Program-made: the position numbers and the translations under genes
Source of the DNA: a virus
Lineage: Duplodnaviria; Caudoviricetes
Length of the DNA stretch: 40,874 bases
IMG/VR virus record: IMGVR_UViG_3300024187_000014
Span: 1 to 40,874 of that record
Reading direction: 5' to 3' (one strand)
Shown here: positions 1-9,620 of the stretch, in pieces
How positions within the stretch are numbered: position 1 is the stretch's first letter
How the letters are laid out: every line of letters begins with the position of its first letter
Notes under the pieces: model-generated
What the model was told of the DNA's origin: nothing
What the model saw: the letters and a program-made list of their open reading frames with translations, nothing else
The model's database searches: none

Positions 1-139
1 TCTGAGAAACTTGAAAAAAAAAATCCCTTGACACGTACCCGGCACCGGGTTAAGATACCCTCAGTGATCGAAACAACTTAACTGAGGTAACGGCCCATGA
101 ACAAGCTCTGTAGCCTACTGGTGTACGACATTCCCGAAG
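1..139. repeat. Terminal direct repeat / circular overlap with 40735..40874
   Basis: 1..139 is identical to 40735..40874 except for one homopolymer (A10 here, A11 at the end). Confidence 0.95.
28..56 (+). promoter_or_regulatory. Sigma70-like early promoter
   Basis: TTGACA (28-33), 17-bp spacer, TAAGAT (51-56), with an upstream A-tract. Confidence 0.7.
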
Positions 140-744
140 ATAGCGGGATCAAGAATCCGTCAAGCTTCCTCCGGCGCCGCGCAGTGCGAATCAATCTGAG
201 CTGCTGGGTAATCCCGAATGATCGAGTCCCGTGGACACGGCTAAATTCGATGCTGAAAAAGGGCGCAAGCTGGCACGTAGTCAAGTTCGATGAGGCTGAA
301 GCAGAGAAACTAGCGTTGCTCGCAATCTCCGCGATCACGAACGAGATACGGCAGGTGATCCGCGCCGCGCAGGAGTCGGAATCGAAAGCGGAGAACAACA
401 CTAGTACCCCGGAGGGTAAGCGGGCATACTGGGCGCGGGTCCGATCCAGCCTGTACCGTGCAAAGCTCGCCCTACAGGATGCCAGGGAAGCAGCTAAGGC
501 GTTCGGACTCGATTCAATTGACATAAACGGCGCTACCCAGCTGATTTACCGTATGCAGGTCGATTCCCGACGTAAAGCGCTTGCCCACGTACGGGCCGCG
601 GAGGTACTGGAGCAAAACGGATACATGCACGGTAAGGCAATGGCGTCCGCGTTACGGGCCGACGAACCCGACGCGAACCTAATCGCCGCGGATATGCTGG
701 ACGATAACGGCGAGTGTGAACTTAGCGAATCCCTCAGGAGCTAG
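97..744 (+). CDS. Hypothetical protein; N-terminal Cas2/PaaX-like motif, C-terminal TIGR02996-like motif
   Basis: ATG with GAGG RBS inside the 13-bp motif. Contains LLVYDIPE...RINLSCWVIP and a C-terminal ADEPDANLIAADMLDDNG. Confidence 0.7.
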   Translation: MNKLCSLLVYDIPEDSGIKNPSSFLRRRAVRINLSCWVIPNDRVPWTRLNSMLKKGASWHVVKFDEAEAEKLALLAISAITNEIRQVIRAAQESESKAENNTSTPEGKRAYWARVRSSLYRAKLALQDAREAAKAFGLDSIDINGATQLIYRMQVDSRRKALAHVRAAEVLEQNGYMHGKAMASALRADEPDANLIAADMLDDNGECELSESLRS

Positions 745-748
745 TACC

Positions 749-1075
749 GTGCAAATTCCAATTCGAGACATACTATCAGGCGAGTTACGGGGTACAGTCC
801 AGCTACCGGAAGGATATCACCGGGTACTGCGCGGTATGTCCCGGTTAGGTGATATGCACCTTAACGAGCGAAAATTTGTCGCGGGTGAAACTGAATGGCT
901 GCCCGTACCTGAAGAAAATATCGGGGATAAGGTGGGAGGGTACTTTGAAGCCTACACGCTATTAATACGACCGGGGCCGCAGCCGGACAAAGAATGCCCG
1001 ATATGCAGAGTGCGCGCCGTTAAACCCGGTTTTCGGTTCTGCTGGTCTTGTTGTTATGACGTAATCAAGGCTTAG
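749..1075 (+). CDS. Hypothetical protein with C-terminal zinc ribbon
   Basis: AGGAG RBS before GTG at 749; CPIC...CWSC. Confidence 0.65.
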   Translation: MQIPIRDILSGELRGTVQLPEGYHRVLRGMSRLGDMHLNERKFVAGETEWLPVPEENIGDKVGGYFEAYTLLIRPGPQPDKECPICRVRAVKPGFRFCWSCCYDVIKA

Positions 1076-1077
1076 TA

Positions 1078-3213
1078 ATGAACTTCACAATCCGCAAACC
1101 GCAATCGGCTGAAACCATCTCCGTACCCACGTTCGCACAAGCGCTGCGAACGGGTACGGGTCAAATTATCGCGTGGGAGGATATTCATGAGTGCTGCTGT
1201 CTGGACGTTGACGATATCACCGGAGTATCCGTCAGCGATTTACTTTTCGTCATTCGACCTACCCCTAGCGTTGTTTGGGTGTCCCGTAGCGGGAAGGGTT
1301 TACATGCAATCTATAGCGAAGGTACTATGTACCATGCTGACGAAATGGCAGCTCTCGCCGTGCTTTTTCTCAAAAGTCGTTACCCCCAACTACACCGTTT
1401 CGAGCTGCTGAAACATACGTTCCAACCGCCCGGACAGTACACGGAGCTACCTCCAACCGTTGATACGGGGGAACTCGATAAACTGCTAGGCGGAGGGGAT
1501 AACGACCCTGATGCCGCGGCACACTGGTTAGAGTCTCACGGAATGGAAATCGGAAAGAGGTATTCTCATGCGCAATGCCCGATCAATCCTACGAACGATG
1601 CGAAACGTGATCCCGTTATCGTGTATGATCGCGGGGTTTATTGCCACGTCTGCAATTCCGAGCGTGGATATGGCTGGTTTAGTTTCACTCGCCTATCTCG
1701 TTCTGTTAGGTACTCTGACTTTGGTTCAATGGTGAGTCATAAAACCCACTGGGAACACGCCAAATATGTGATGCGCGCGTTAACTGAGTTAACCGACAGG
1801 TTGAATGAACGCATTTACTCTGCGGCACTTGTGTACAAGCACGGGGTAGAGGTACGCACGGAACCCGTCTTTTTTCCGCAACGAAACCTCATGCGCCTAG
1901 GTCGTTGGTGGGGTACTGAAACGGGGGAGTTGTACAATAACAAGATTGACGGACTCCTACAGGGTTTGCCCGTTACACGGTTCCTAGATGAGAAAAAGAA
2001 ATCGAGGATTCGCCCTGATATCCTGGCGCGGCTCAAGCAGACGGTAGACCTGTCCGATATCGGATATCCGTCCGTAGACGTAGTTCGTGGATGCAAGATA
2101 TTTGACCATTGGATGCGCAGCTCTCACCATGCCTATTCTATCGTCCTACAATCGCCGCTACTGAGTAAAAGAGAAAACGAACCCTACCGGCCTCAATACA
2201 TCCCGGAAGAGAAACGGGATATTGATTTCGCTTGGCACTGTCTTGAGGAACCTTTCCCCGGATTGAACCGCCAAGCTATCGAGGTACTAATAGCAGCTAA
2301 GGGGATTGCGGAGGGTCGAATCGGGCTCCCGCCATTCTTCTATTTCTCCGGTCAGTCCGGCGCCGCGAAGTCTGCGAGTGCCCTAATCGCTGCTGCAATT
2401 TGTGGGGACCAGAACACAAGCGTTGTCTGGACGAATTCCGTGGAGCGCGTCCGCCAAGGAATCATGGACGGGAAAGCACGCGGTGGATACGTGACACTGA
2501 ACGAGATTCTAAAGCAAGCCGCGAAGGCGGGCGCCACATTCCAAAATGCGATGGACGACATATTGAACCTTACACCTGATTCCGTATCTCATCAGATGTA
2601 CGTCGGGCCGATGCCGTTAGGCTCCCTCCCTGTAATGGTATGGACTGATACGGAGGTTCCAAACGAGATACGCGATAGCGTACAGCTATCGCGCCGATTG
2701 ATCCATGTTCACTTTGATCGAAAAGTAGAGTGGGAAAAAACGATTTATGAATCTGGTGTACACCAAATCGAACGGCTCCGCGTGGCATCAATTGACTATG
2801 CCGATGCGTGCAATGTTATTCTATCAGATATCATCGACAGGTTTTTCCAATATCCTCAAGATATGCGAGCTATCGCCCGACAGCTTGGATTCAAGCTCTT
2901 ATCAGAGGAGACAGGAGTATATAATCGTACCTCACTTATGGATTTCTACAATGCTGTCATTAACGCGCCCCCGCTGGACGCGCAGCTATCTCGGATGTAT
3001 GACGGTCCCGGTTGGAAGTGTATCGACCTAATGAACTCTCAAAACCCCTTAACTCAGGTATGGGAGATTGTACGCGATGCCGACAATCCGAAATTTTCTC
3101 GCCGTTGCTCCGAAGCTAACTGGCCCGAAATGCTAGGGGTTGATCCGCCCGTAGAATTCGAGATACAATCCCACGGCTCAAAACTTGTAGTTCGTTTTCG
3201 TGTACCTAGTTAA
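1078..3213 (+). CDS. Putative AEP-type primase fused to a P-loop helicase
   Basis: CLDVD and SRSGKGLHAIY (AEP motifs I/II), Cys/His zinc-binding cluster (CPINP...CHVC), Walker A-like GQSGAAKS in the C-terminal half. Confidence 0.75.
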   Translation: MNFTIRKPQSAETISVPTFAQALRTGTGQIIAWEDIHECCCLDVDDITGVSVSDLLFVIRPTPSVVWVSRSGKGLHAIYSEGTMYHADEMAALAVLFLKSRYPQLHRFELLKHTFQPPGQYTELPPTVDTGELDKLLGGGDNDPDAAAHWLESHGMEIGKRYSHAQCPINPTNDAKRDPVIVYDRGVYCHVCNSERGYGWFSFTRLSRSVRYSDFGSMVSHKTHWEHAKYVMRALTELTDRLNERIYSAALVYKHGVEVRTEPVFFPQRNLMRLGRWWGTETGELYNNKIDGLLQGLPVTRFLDEKKKSRIRPDILARLKQTVDLSDIGYPSVDVVRGCKIFDHWMRSSHHAYSIVLQSPLLSKRENEPYRPQYIPEEKRDIDFAWHCLEEPFPGLNRQAIEVLIAAKGIAEGRIGLPPFFYFSGQSGAAKSASALIAAAICGDQNTSVVWTNSVERVRQGIMDGKARGGYVTLNEILKQAAKAGATFQNAMDDILNLTPDSVSHQMYVGPMPLGSLPVMVWTDTEVPNEIRDSVQLSRRLIHVHFDRKVEWEKTIYESGVHQIERLRVASIDYADACNVILSDIIDRFFQYPQDMRAIARQLGFKLLSEETGVYNRTSLMDFYNAVINAPPLDAQLSRMYDGPGWKCIDLMNSQNPLTQVWEIVRDADNPKFSRRCSEANWPEMLGVDPPVEFEIQSHGSKLVVRFRVPS

Positions 3214-3224
3214 CTGAGGTAACT

Positions 3225-3500
3225 ATGATTAGTCTACGTGAAACTCCTTGGACAAATCCAAGTAGCGACAATCAGAGATTACATGCGATCTTACACATCC
3301 ACAAAGCTGCGGGGAAGTTATCTGCCATTCTTGAAAATGAGGGGCACGGCGGAGATAGACCGGGGGAGCCTACGATTGCGGACGAATGGAAGTATCTCGC
3401 CGATCTAGTTATCTGTGCTATCAGAATGCCGCAGCAAGACGGTATCGATTTAGAGAGCGCCGTACTCGCCCGCCAACAGCAAAGGAACCCGCACGTATGA
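3225..3500 (+). CDS. MazG-like all-alpha nucleotide pyrophosphohydrolase
   Basis: LADLVICAIRM...GIDLESAV pattern typical of MazG-like proteins. Confidence 0.55.
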   Translation: MISLRETPWTNPSSDNQRLHAILHIHKAAGKLSAILENEGHGGDRPGEPTIADEWKYLADLVICAIRMPQQDGIDLESAVLARQQQRNPHV

Positions 3501-3829
3501 ACGCGCCCTTGAGCATACTGATACCGGGAGTACCGGACGAAAAAGATTGCGGAATCCGCTTTACATTGGATTCACAATATGGTATAATAGTGATATTCGC
3601 CGACGAGCTGCGGCCGAACGCACACAAAGATACGACTACTGAGCGGTTCATGCACCTCTTGATCCAGACTCAAGTAGTCATGCTGAAGCACTTCGGCAAG
3701 GATCGATACGAAATTGCCGGCCCACCGTGGGCGGTTGATGAGCTGATGCGCCGGGCAAGAGAAACCCTGTACCTGAATCAAGCGCCCGTAGCTCCACCCG
3801 TATCGAAAGGTAGAGGTATCGGAACGTGA
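3497..3829 (+). CDS. Hypothetical protein
   Basis: ATGA overlap with the upstream stop; GTGA overlap with the downstream gene. Confidence 0.6.
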   Translation: MNAPLSILIPGVPDEKDCGIRFTLDSQYGIIVIFADELRPNAHKDTTTERFMHLLIQTQVVMLKHFGKDRYEIAGPPWAVDELMRRARETLYLNQAPVAPPVSKGRGIGT

Positions 3830-4323
3830 TAGTATCTCCGTTAGTAGACCGCGGAAAGATCACCACTAACCCAGAGTGGTATACACCGGCCCGATACATT
3901 GAAGCCGCACGTACATTAATGGGGTCAATCGACCTTGACCCCGCGAGTTGTGAACTTGCGAATCGAACTGTAAAAGCTGCTAAGTTCTTTGACTTAGCTT
4001 CCGACGGTTTGAAACAACAATGGTGCGGTAACATCTTCCTTAACCCGCCGTATGGCGGGCGCGCCCCTGACTGGATAAGTAAGCTCCGGTGTGAGATAGC
4101 TTGCAAGCGCGTATCTCAAGCTATACTACTCGTTAACTGTCATATCTCTTGTTCGTGGTTCCACGCTTTATGGTTAAATCCTATATGCTTTGTCAATCAC
4201 CGTATACCCTTTTACGGGAATCCTAACAACCCGTCTGCGGAAAGTGTATTTGTATACTTCGGCAAAAATCAAAACGATTTCCTTGACATTTTCTCCGCGT
4301 TCGGTAAAGTAGTATTGCCATGA
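3826..4323 (+). CDS. Phage N6-adenine DNA methyltransferase (phage Dam family)
   Basis: EWYTP, DLDPAS and FLNPPY motifs. Confidence 0.85.
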   Translation: MIVSPLVDRGKITTNPEWYTPARYIEAARTLMGSIDLDPASCELANRTVKAAKFFDLASDGLKQQWCGNIFLNPPYGGRAPDWISKLRCEIACKRVSQAILLVNCHISCSWFHALWLNPICFVNHRIPFYGNPNNPSAESVFVYFGKNQNDFLDIFSAFGKVVLP

Positions 4324-6314
4324 AGAAAGATTCCCTATGTTTCATCGACCTAGAAACACAATCCGCGGTCGGAATACGCAACGTACTCGAATACGTGAAT
4401 CACCCGTCTACGCGCATCCTTTGCGCGGTCGGACGGGTTAACTCAGGTAATGTAGTATGGATTCCCCCGGATCGAGCGCCGCAAGGTTACAGCTATCAAA
4501 CGAACGCGGACCCGAATACTACGGTATGCTACAGTGAACTCCCCCCGTTTGATCCCTCCCTTACGTGGGTGGCACACAATGCTTACGGCTTCGATTCTCT
4601 GTTGTGGAATCGGCTTTTTCCTGATTATGCCCCTAGTCGTTGGCTGGATACTATTCCGTTGTGTCGAACCGCACGACTACCCGCGGCTCTCGAAAAAGTC
4701 TCGCAACTCCTATTTGGAGAGGGTAAGAAAGAATTCGGAAAGCAAGTAATCGAAGCGCTCAGTATCGCAAAGTACGTTAACGGGAAGTGCCGGTACAATA
4801 TCGGGACTCCTGCGCTGTGGGACAAACTGATACAGTACAATATTCAGGATGTGCTACTACTCGAAAGAGTATGGGACAAAGTTTCCGCCTACTTCCACGA
4901 ATGGGAACTACTTGAAGCAGACCGCGAGATTAATACCCGCGGTATTGCATTCGATAAAGACTTGCTCCGCGAAATCCTTCGCGCGTGGAACGAGATTCAA
5001 GGCGATGCGTTCGATGAGGTATCGGAGCTAACGGACGGGCAACTATCCGGTACTGACCTACGCTCCCACCAAAAGGTAAACAAGTGGCTAGAATCGAGAG
5101 GTATCCATCTTGCAACGCTGAACAAGTTCCATCTTGAGGAAGAATTAGCGGAGTACCCCGATATCGATCCGGTAGTTATCGAGGTACTCAAGGCACGACA
5201 AACCGTAACCCGCGGGAGCAAAGGCAAGATCGAACGACTACTTGAGATTGCCGCGGTTACCGATAATCGACTTCGTAATACGCTGGTATTCCACGGAAGT
5301 CATACCGGGCGCTGGTCAGGTCGCGGGGTACAACCGCAGAACCTTGCACGGCCGATTGACCCGGATAAGTTAACTCAGGTAATCGAGTATTACGAATCGA
5401 ATCACAAACTCCCCGACGACGTAGACGGGGATAGGCTAACGGAACTCACGCGCCCGGTGTTTTGCGCTGAACCGGGTAAGACGTTGTACATCGCCGATTA
5501 CTCCGCAGTAGAGGCGCGAACTATCGCGTGGCTTGCGGGCGATGAAAACCTACTCTCCGCATTCCGCCGCGAAGATGAGGGTATCGGGTATGGCGTCTAC
5601 TGTGAAATGGCATCTAAGCTGTTCGGACATGAGGTAACGCGGAAGGATAAGGCAAAACGACAAGTAGGTAAGGTAGTAGTCTTAGGCGCGAACTACGGCA
5701 TGAGCGGGCCGAAGTTAGAGGTATACTGTAAGCTCGCAAAGCCTAAGGTAGACCTGAAGGCGCTAGGACTCGACCCGATAGAAACCGTCAAGGCGTACCG
5801 CAAGCAAATCCCGGGGATTGTGAAATTCTGGTATCAATTGGAGAGAGATTGTATAGACGTTGTGAAGGATCGACAATTCCGACAGTGGCGCAATCTCCGC
5901 TTTTACATGCGGGATAACTACCTTGCGATACAGCTACCCTCCGGGCGCGAGCTGTTGTACCGCAATCCCACTGTTGAGGATATCGTACCCGCGTTCGTCC
6001 AGATTTACAACTTAGCGCCGTTTAAGAAACCGACAATCCTCTACGACCATCCTCACGGATACCGCAAATCCCTGTACGGCGCCTTACTCGCAGAGAATGT
6101 CACGCAAGCTACGGACAGGGATATCTTAGCGTATCACTTGCGGCAATGTGATCGAAACTACTTCCCGGTTGTGCAACACGTTCACGACTCTATTGTAATC
6201 GAGGATTACCCCGGAAAGTTAACTCAGGTAACGGAGCTATTGAAAGTCCTACCGTCGTGGGCCGCAGGTCTACCTTACCGCGTTGAAGTTCACGAATCCC
6301 GGAGAATGTTATAA
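4320..6314 (+). CDS. DNA polymerase family A with 3'-5' exonuclease
   Basis: Exo motifs DLET and AHNAYGFD; TGRWS; motif A ADYSAVEAR; motif B RQVGKVVVLGANYG; motif C VHDS. Confidence 0.93.
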   Translation: MKKDSLCFIDLETQSAVGIRNVLEYVNHPSTRILCAVGRVNSGNVVWIPPDRAPQGYSYQTNADPNTTVCYSELPPFDPSLTWVAHNAYGFDSLLWNRLFPDYAPSRWLDTIPLCRTARLPAALEKVSQLLFGEGKKEFGKQVIEALSIAKYVNGKCRYNIGTPALWDKLIQYNIQDVLLLERVWDKVSAYFHEWELLEADREINTRGIAFDKDLLREILRAWNEIQGDAFDEVSELTDGQLSGTDLRSHQKVNKWLESRGIHLATLNKFHLEEELAEYPDIDPVVIEVLKARQTVTRGSKGKIERLLEIAAVTDNRLRNTLVFHGSHTGRWSGRGVQPQNLARPIDPDKLTQVIEYYESNHKLPDDVDGDRLTELTRPVFCAEPGKTLYIADYSAVEARTIAWLAGDENLLSAFRREDEGIGYGVYCEMASKLFGHEVTRKDKAKRQVGKVVVLGANYGMSGPKLEVYCKLAKPKVDLKALGLDPIETVKAYRKQIPGIVKFWYQLERDCIDVVKDRQFRQWRNLRFYMRDNYLAIQLPSGRELLYRNPTVEDIVPAFVQIYNLAPFKKPTILYDHPHGYRKSLYGALLAENVTQATDRDILAYHLRQCDRNYFPVVQHVHDSIVIEDYPGKLTQVTELLKVLPSWAAGLPYRVEVHESRRML

Positions 6315-6316
6315 CC

Positions 6317-7084
6317 ATGTTTAAATATTTCGGGAGTAAGTCGTATCTACTGAAACAACTGTACGCGTACTTTCCCCGTAGCTACTCGGTTTTTGTGGAT
6401 GCTTTAGCTGGTAGCGGTAAGGTACTTCTTAACTCTCCCCGAATTGCATTAACTGAGGTAATCAATGAACTTAACTCTGATATCGTTACTACGTTTCGCA
6501 TAGTTCAAACTAGAGGCGCAGAGCTACGTAGACACCTATGCCAAATCGAATTCGGTAAAGAGACATTCTTATCCGCGTTTGAATGTGATAGTGCCGACGA
6601 AATGAAAACAGCCATTCGCACTGTAGTTAAATACGGTCAGAGTCGGAATGGCGGAGGAACCCCAGATTTTAGCTATTCTGTGAAGGGGTTGCGTACCCTC
6701 GATTATCAGCGTCAATGGTGTGCAACTATACGCAAGCTCGCAGGGTATTCTTTCAGACTTCGCGGCGTGATTATCGAATGCGGAGATTGGAGCAATACAT
6801 TGCGGTATGACTCTCCCGATACGTTTTACTATTTCGATCCACCGTATCTTAGCTCTACCCGCGTATTTAGAGAGTACGTACACGAATTTACGAATGAGCA
6901 GCATATCGAGATGTGCAAGCGGCTTACCTCAGTTAAGGGTAAAGTGATGTTAAGCGGGTACGGAAACCCGATCTATCGCCACTACCTCAGAGGGTGGCGG
7001 GAGGTACTACTCGACTCCTACAATCGAAGTAGTCACGCGAAAAAGCTCAAGAAATCGGACGAACGAATATGGATGAACTACTAG
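6317..7084 (+). CDS. D12-class (Dam-like) N6-adenine DNA methyltransferase
   Basis: KYFGSK, DALAGSG, INELN, FDPPY, VMLSGY and EXIWMNY motifs. Confidence 0.9.
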   Translation: MFKYFGSKSYLLKQLYAYFPRSYSVFVDALAGSGKVLLNSPRIALTEVINELNSDIVTTFRIVQTRGAELRRHLCQIEFGKETFLSAFECDSADEMKTAIRTVVKYGQSRNGGGTPDFSYSVKGLRTLDYQRQWCATIRKLAGYSFRLRGVIIECGDWSNTLRYDSPDTFYYFDPPYLSSTRVFREYVHEFTNEQHIEMCKRLTSVKGKVMLSGYGNPIYRHYLRGWREVLLDSYNRSSHAKKLKKSDERIWMNY

Positions 7085-7518
7085 CCCCGCTTGAGCTTCC
7101 CAAACCGGCCGCGAGTCTTGAATCTCCCGCGCCCGGAAGTCCCGTTACGAACTAGACGGTAGGGCCAATGGTAAAATTCGCGCCAGACTGTTTTGCCCTT
7201 CGATTTGTTATCGCGGAGTCTACGGGCTTTATCGGGAGAGATACCCGCATACTCACAGATTGCCCCCGACTTGAACATGATATGCAGTAGTAGCTTCGAT
7301 GCCAGATACCGGAATGCTACCACCCATGAGCTTTGAGGGGTATATGTCCACGGTATCTGATCGATGCGCGTAGCACCGGCATACCTACCTTGTTCGCGCT
7401 GCTGCGGAGTGATGGTAGGTAATCGCGAACCAGGTGCCCGCGGCACCTGTACAACCGGCATCCGTGCCGCGGGCTGAATCGGGCTACGGGTTCCCGTTAT
7501 CGTCGGTATTCGGGGCAT
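7081..7518 (-). CDS. KTSC-domain protein
   Basis: SSWV...Y...L.IMFKSG...EY.G...L...SKGK..W pattern. Confidence 0.7.
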   Translation of the reverse strand: MPRIPTITGTRSPIQPAARMPVVQVPRAPGSRLPTITPQQREQGRYAGATRIDQIPWTYTPQSSWVVAFRYLASKLLLHIMFKSGAICEYAGISPDKARRLRDNKSKGKTVWREFYHWPYRLVRNGTSGRGRFKTRGRFGKLKRG

Positions 7519-8317
7519 TGCTCACCGGTTGTGGGAAATTCGATCCTTGATCGGAGAAAGAGCGACAGGCGTAAATACCGCCGATATCGTTTGTGTACGC
7601 AGATTCATGAATCAGAGCGTTACCGTTTTGTCCCCAGCTCTCACCCCACGAATTGCGGAACTTAAACCATACGCCATCGGTATCGAGATCGAACCCGTAG
7701 ACACAGAATGCATGACCGCCGGCCAGACCTTTTTTCTGTTTCGGGAGCCGGCCCGTAGTCTTATCCGGGTTATAGGAGTTGTACCACAGCGCGCCAGTAT
7801 CGAGTACAAACCCGTCCATAAGCGCGGAAACCATCGACGCGATTAAATCCACACCCTCCGGGCATACGTAGCATTCGAGGAATCGATATTTCCCCGCTTC
7901 CGCAGCTGAGTTTGCGCCCCACTGGTTTTTTCGCCATGCAAGGTCAGGGGTAGTCGAGGAAAGGCAAGTGCCGTGATTCACCATCCACGCCATTGCATCC
8001 TCAAGCATCGACCCTTGATCTTGCTGCCCGTTGATACACCCGTACAGGTATCCGGGAGACAGCTTAAGGTACGTCAATCCCTGTACTGCGCGGCACGTCT
8101 CCGCGACTTCGACCGTGGCGAACGCATTACACGCGCCGATACCATTCTGATCCTTGACGGGCGGGAGCCATTCGACCAAATCGACGGGTTCCCATTGATC
8201 TTTCGGGATAATCGGCACCTTATCTGGCACGTACTGCCAGCGGTACGTGCGCGGCACGTTGTCAATCCGGCGATTCCCCATGAACCGCTCTACCCCGTCC
8301 ACAATAATCGAATCCAT
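7484..8317 (-). CDS. Papain-like (C1A) cysteine peptidase
   Basis: DQNGIGAC (Gln/Cys), GGHA (His) and RNSWGESWG (Asn) catalytic motifs. Confidence 0.92.
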   Translation of the reverse strand: MDSIIVDGVERFMGNRRIDNVPRTYRWQYVPDKVPIIPKDQWEPVDLVEWLPPVKDQNGIGACNAFATVEVAETCRAVQGLTYLKLSPGYLYGCINGQQDQGSMLEDAMAWMVNHGTCLSSTTPDLAWRKNQWGANSAAEAGKYRFLECYVCPEGVDLIASMVSALMDGFVLDTGALWYNSYNPDKTTGRLPKQKKGLAGGHAFCVYGFDLDTDGVWFKFRNSWGESWGQNGNALIHESAYTNDIGGIYACRSFSDQGSNFPQPVSNAPNTDDNGNP

Positions 8318-8357
8318 AAGGACTTACGCCTTTCTTGGAAAAATTCCGAAAAACCCC

Positions 8358-8385
8358 TTGACAACGTGCCGATACGGGGTATACT
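8358..8385 (+). promoter_or_regulatory. Sigma70-like promoter with a 13-bp motif over its start region
   Basis: TTGACA (8358-8363), 16-bp spacer, TATACT (8380-8385); motif at 8385-8397. Confidence 0.7.
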
Positions 8386-8421
8386 TACCTCAGTTAACGA
8401 ATTGAAATCGAGGTTGAAATC

Positions 8422-8706
8422 ATGGCAACGCAAAAGTTCGGAACGCTGGGACAGATACACGTACGCCGCGGGGATACAGTTCAAATCGAGGAGCTTATCT
8501 CCGGGGATCGATACATCGGCGTAGTCCACGGATGGAAGCCCGCTACCCTCACAATCACCGGAGTCGTCCGGGTATTCGATGGGCGCCGCACGCGGTTTTA
8601 CCACGCGGGCGCCCCGGTCAAAGCTACGGTACTCGGTCGCGCCAAGTACCATACCCAGCACTACGGCGCTACGTCGGAAACCTTTACCCACCCGTCCTAT
8701 TCTTGA
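8422..8706 (+). CDS. Hypothetical protein, antisense insertion within the late region
   Basis: Has its own promoter and a GAGG-TTGAAATC-ATG leader; fills the gap between minus-strand genes. Confidence 0.7.
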   Translation: MATQKFGTLGQIHVRRGDTVQIEELISGDRYIGVVHGWKPATLTITGVVRVFDGRRTRFYHAGAPVKATVLGRAKYHTQHYGATSETFTHPSYS

Positions 8707-9137
8707 GACCGTGGCATCCTCGCATACGTCGCAGTAATGGGCACGTTGTAGCACGTTTGCCCGTTACACACCTGCCGATACCCCGTAACAACGGTTACGG
8801 GGTTCGTGTACTGCGCTTCCGCAGGCTGCGGGAAATCTGAGGCAACGATTTGCACGTTTGGATTCCACGCAACCGGAGCGCGTTGCGGGAAAACTGCCGC
8901 GACAATTCGACGGAGTGGCCCCGTACTTCTACGCGCCACAAATCGACCCCGCAAGCCGAGAGCTGCGCCGCCAGAACACCCCGTGGCCGGCGCCGATTGC
9001 AGCGTACCACCGCTACAACCCGCTGCCGGCGCGGAGTATCGAACCGTTGACCCCGTACATCCTACAGTAGCTTGCGGGTTGCCTGCGGGAGTGACAGTAG
9101 AACCCGAAAGGCTGAGCATTAACACAACTGAATACAT
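8697..9137 (-). CDS. Secreted/membrane protein with planctomycete-like N-terminus and GC(S/T)G repeats
   Basis: MYSVVLMLSLSG signal-like start; GCTG/GCSG repeated three times; VCNGQTCY; RBS lies in the motif at 9144. Confidence 0.7.
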   Translation of the reverse strand: MYSVVLMLSLSGSTVTPAGNPQATVGCTGSTVRYSAPAAGCSGGTLQSAPATGCSGGAALGLRGRFVARRSTGPLRRIVAAVFPQRAPVAWNPNVQIVASDFPQPAEAQYTNPVTVVTGYRQVCNGQTCYNVPITATYARMPRSQE

Positions 9138-9170
9138 CTTCGATTACCTCAGTTAAGTGTAAATCCGTTC

Positions 9171-9617
9171 TTACTTGTGGTGCTTCGGTAGGGTCGCGTG
9201 GGGGTGTGCCGGGGTGTGGGGCTTTGGCGCCTTATGCTCCGGCTCCTCTTTATCCTCCGGTTCGGGTTTCGCTTCCTTTTTCTTAACCGCAGCTTTCATT
9301 ACCGGAGGCTCCGCGCCTAGGTGGAACATCTTCAGAATGTCAGCAATGATCCCTGAAATCGTACCCCAATTATCGAGAATCCACTGGAGCAGACCTTGCA
9401 CCCCGCCCGCGGCGACTTTCTCATCCGCGGAGCCGGAATCATCGATAGCCGTAGCCAGGACTTCATCCTCTTGCGCAGCTGTCGTCATCGCGTTTGCAAT
9501 CTTGCCTTCAGTAAAGATCAAGAGCAACGGGTGGTGTAGAATCGGGCTATCCGGCTCTTTCTCCGTGATAGCTTGGCGCACGATCTTATGATTGTGCAGG
9601 CGATTAAATAGGTGCAT
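9171..9617 (-). CDS. Hypothetical protein
   Basis: GGAG RBS; amphipathic helix GLLQWILDNW; charged/His-rich tail. Confidence 0.7.
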   Translation of the reverse strand: MHLFNRLHNHKIVRQAITEKEPDSPILHHPLLLIFTEGKIANAMTTAAQEDEVLATAIDDSGSADEKVAAGGVQGLLQWILDNWGTISGIIADILKMFHLGAEPPVMKAAVKKKEAKPEPEDKEEPEHKAPKPHTPAHPHATLPKHHK

Positions 9618-9620
9618 TTC

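Noticed and set aside
8290-8754. 154-aa minus-strand ORF as the real gene in this gap
   Set aside because: It spans an obvious promoter; the plus-strand 8422..8706 ORF has a promoter and RBS.
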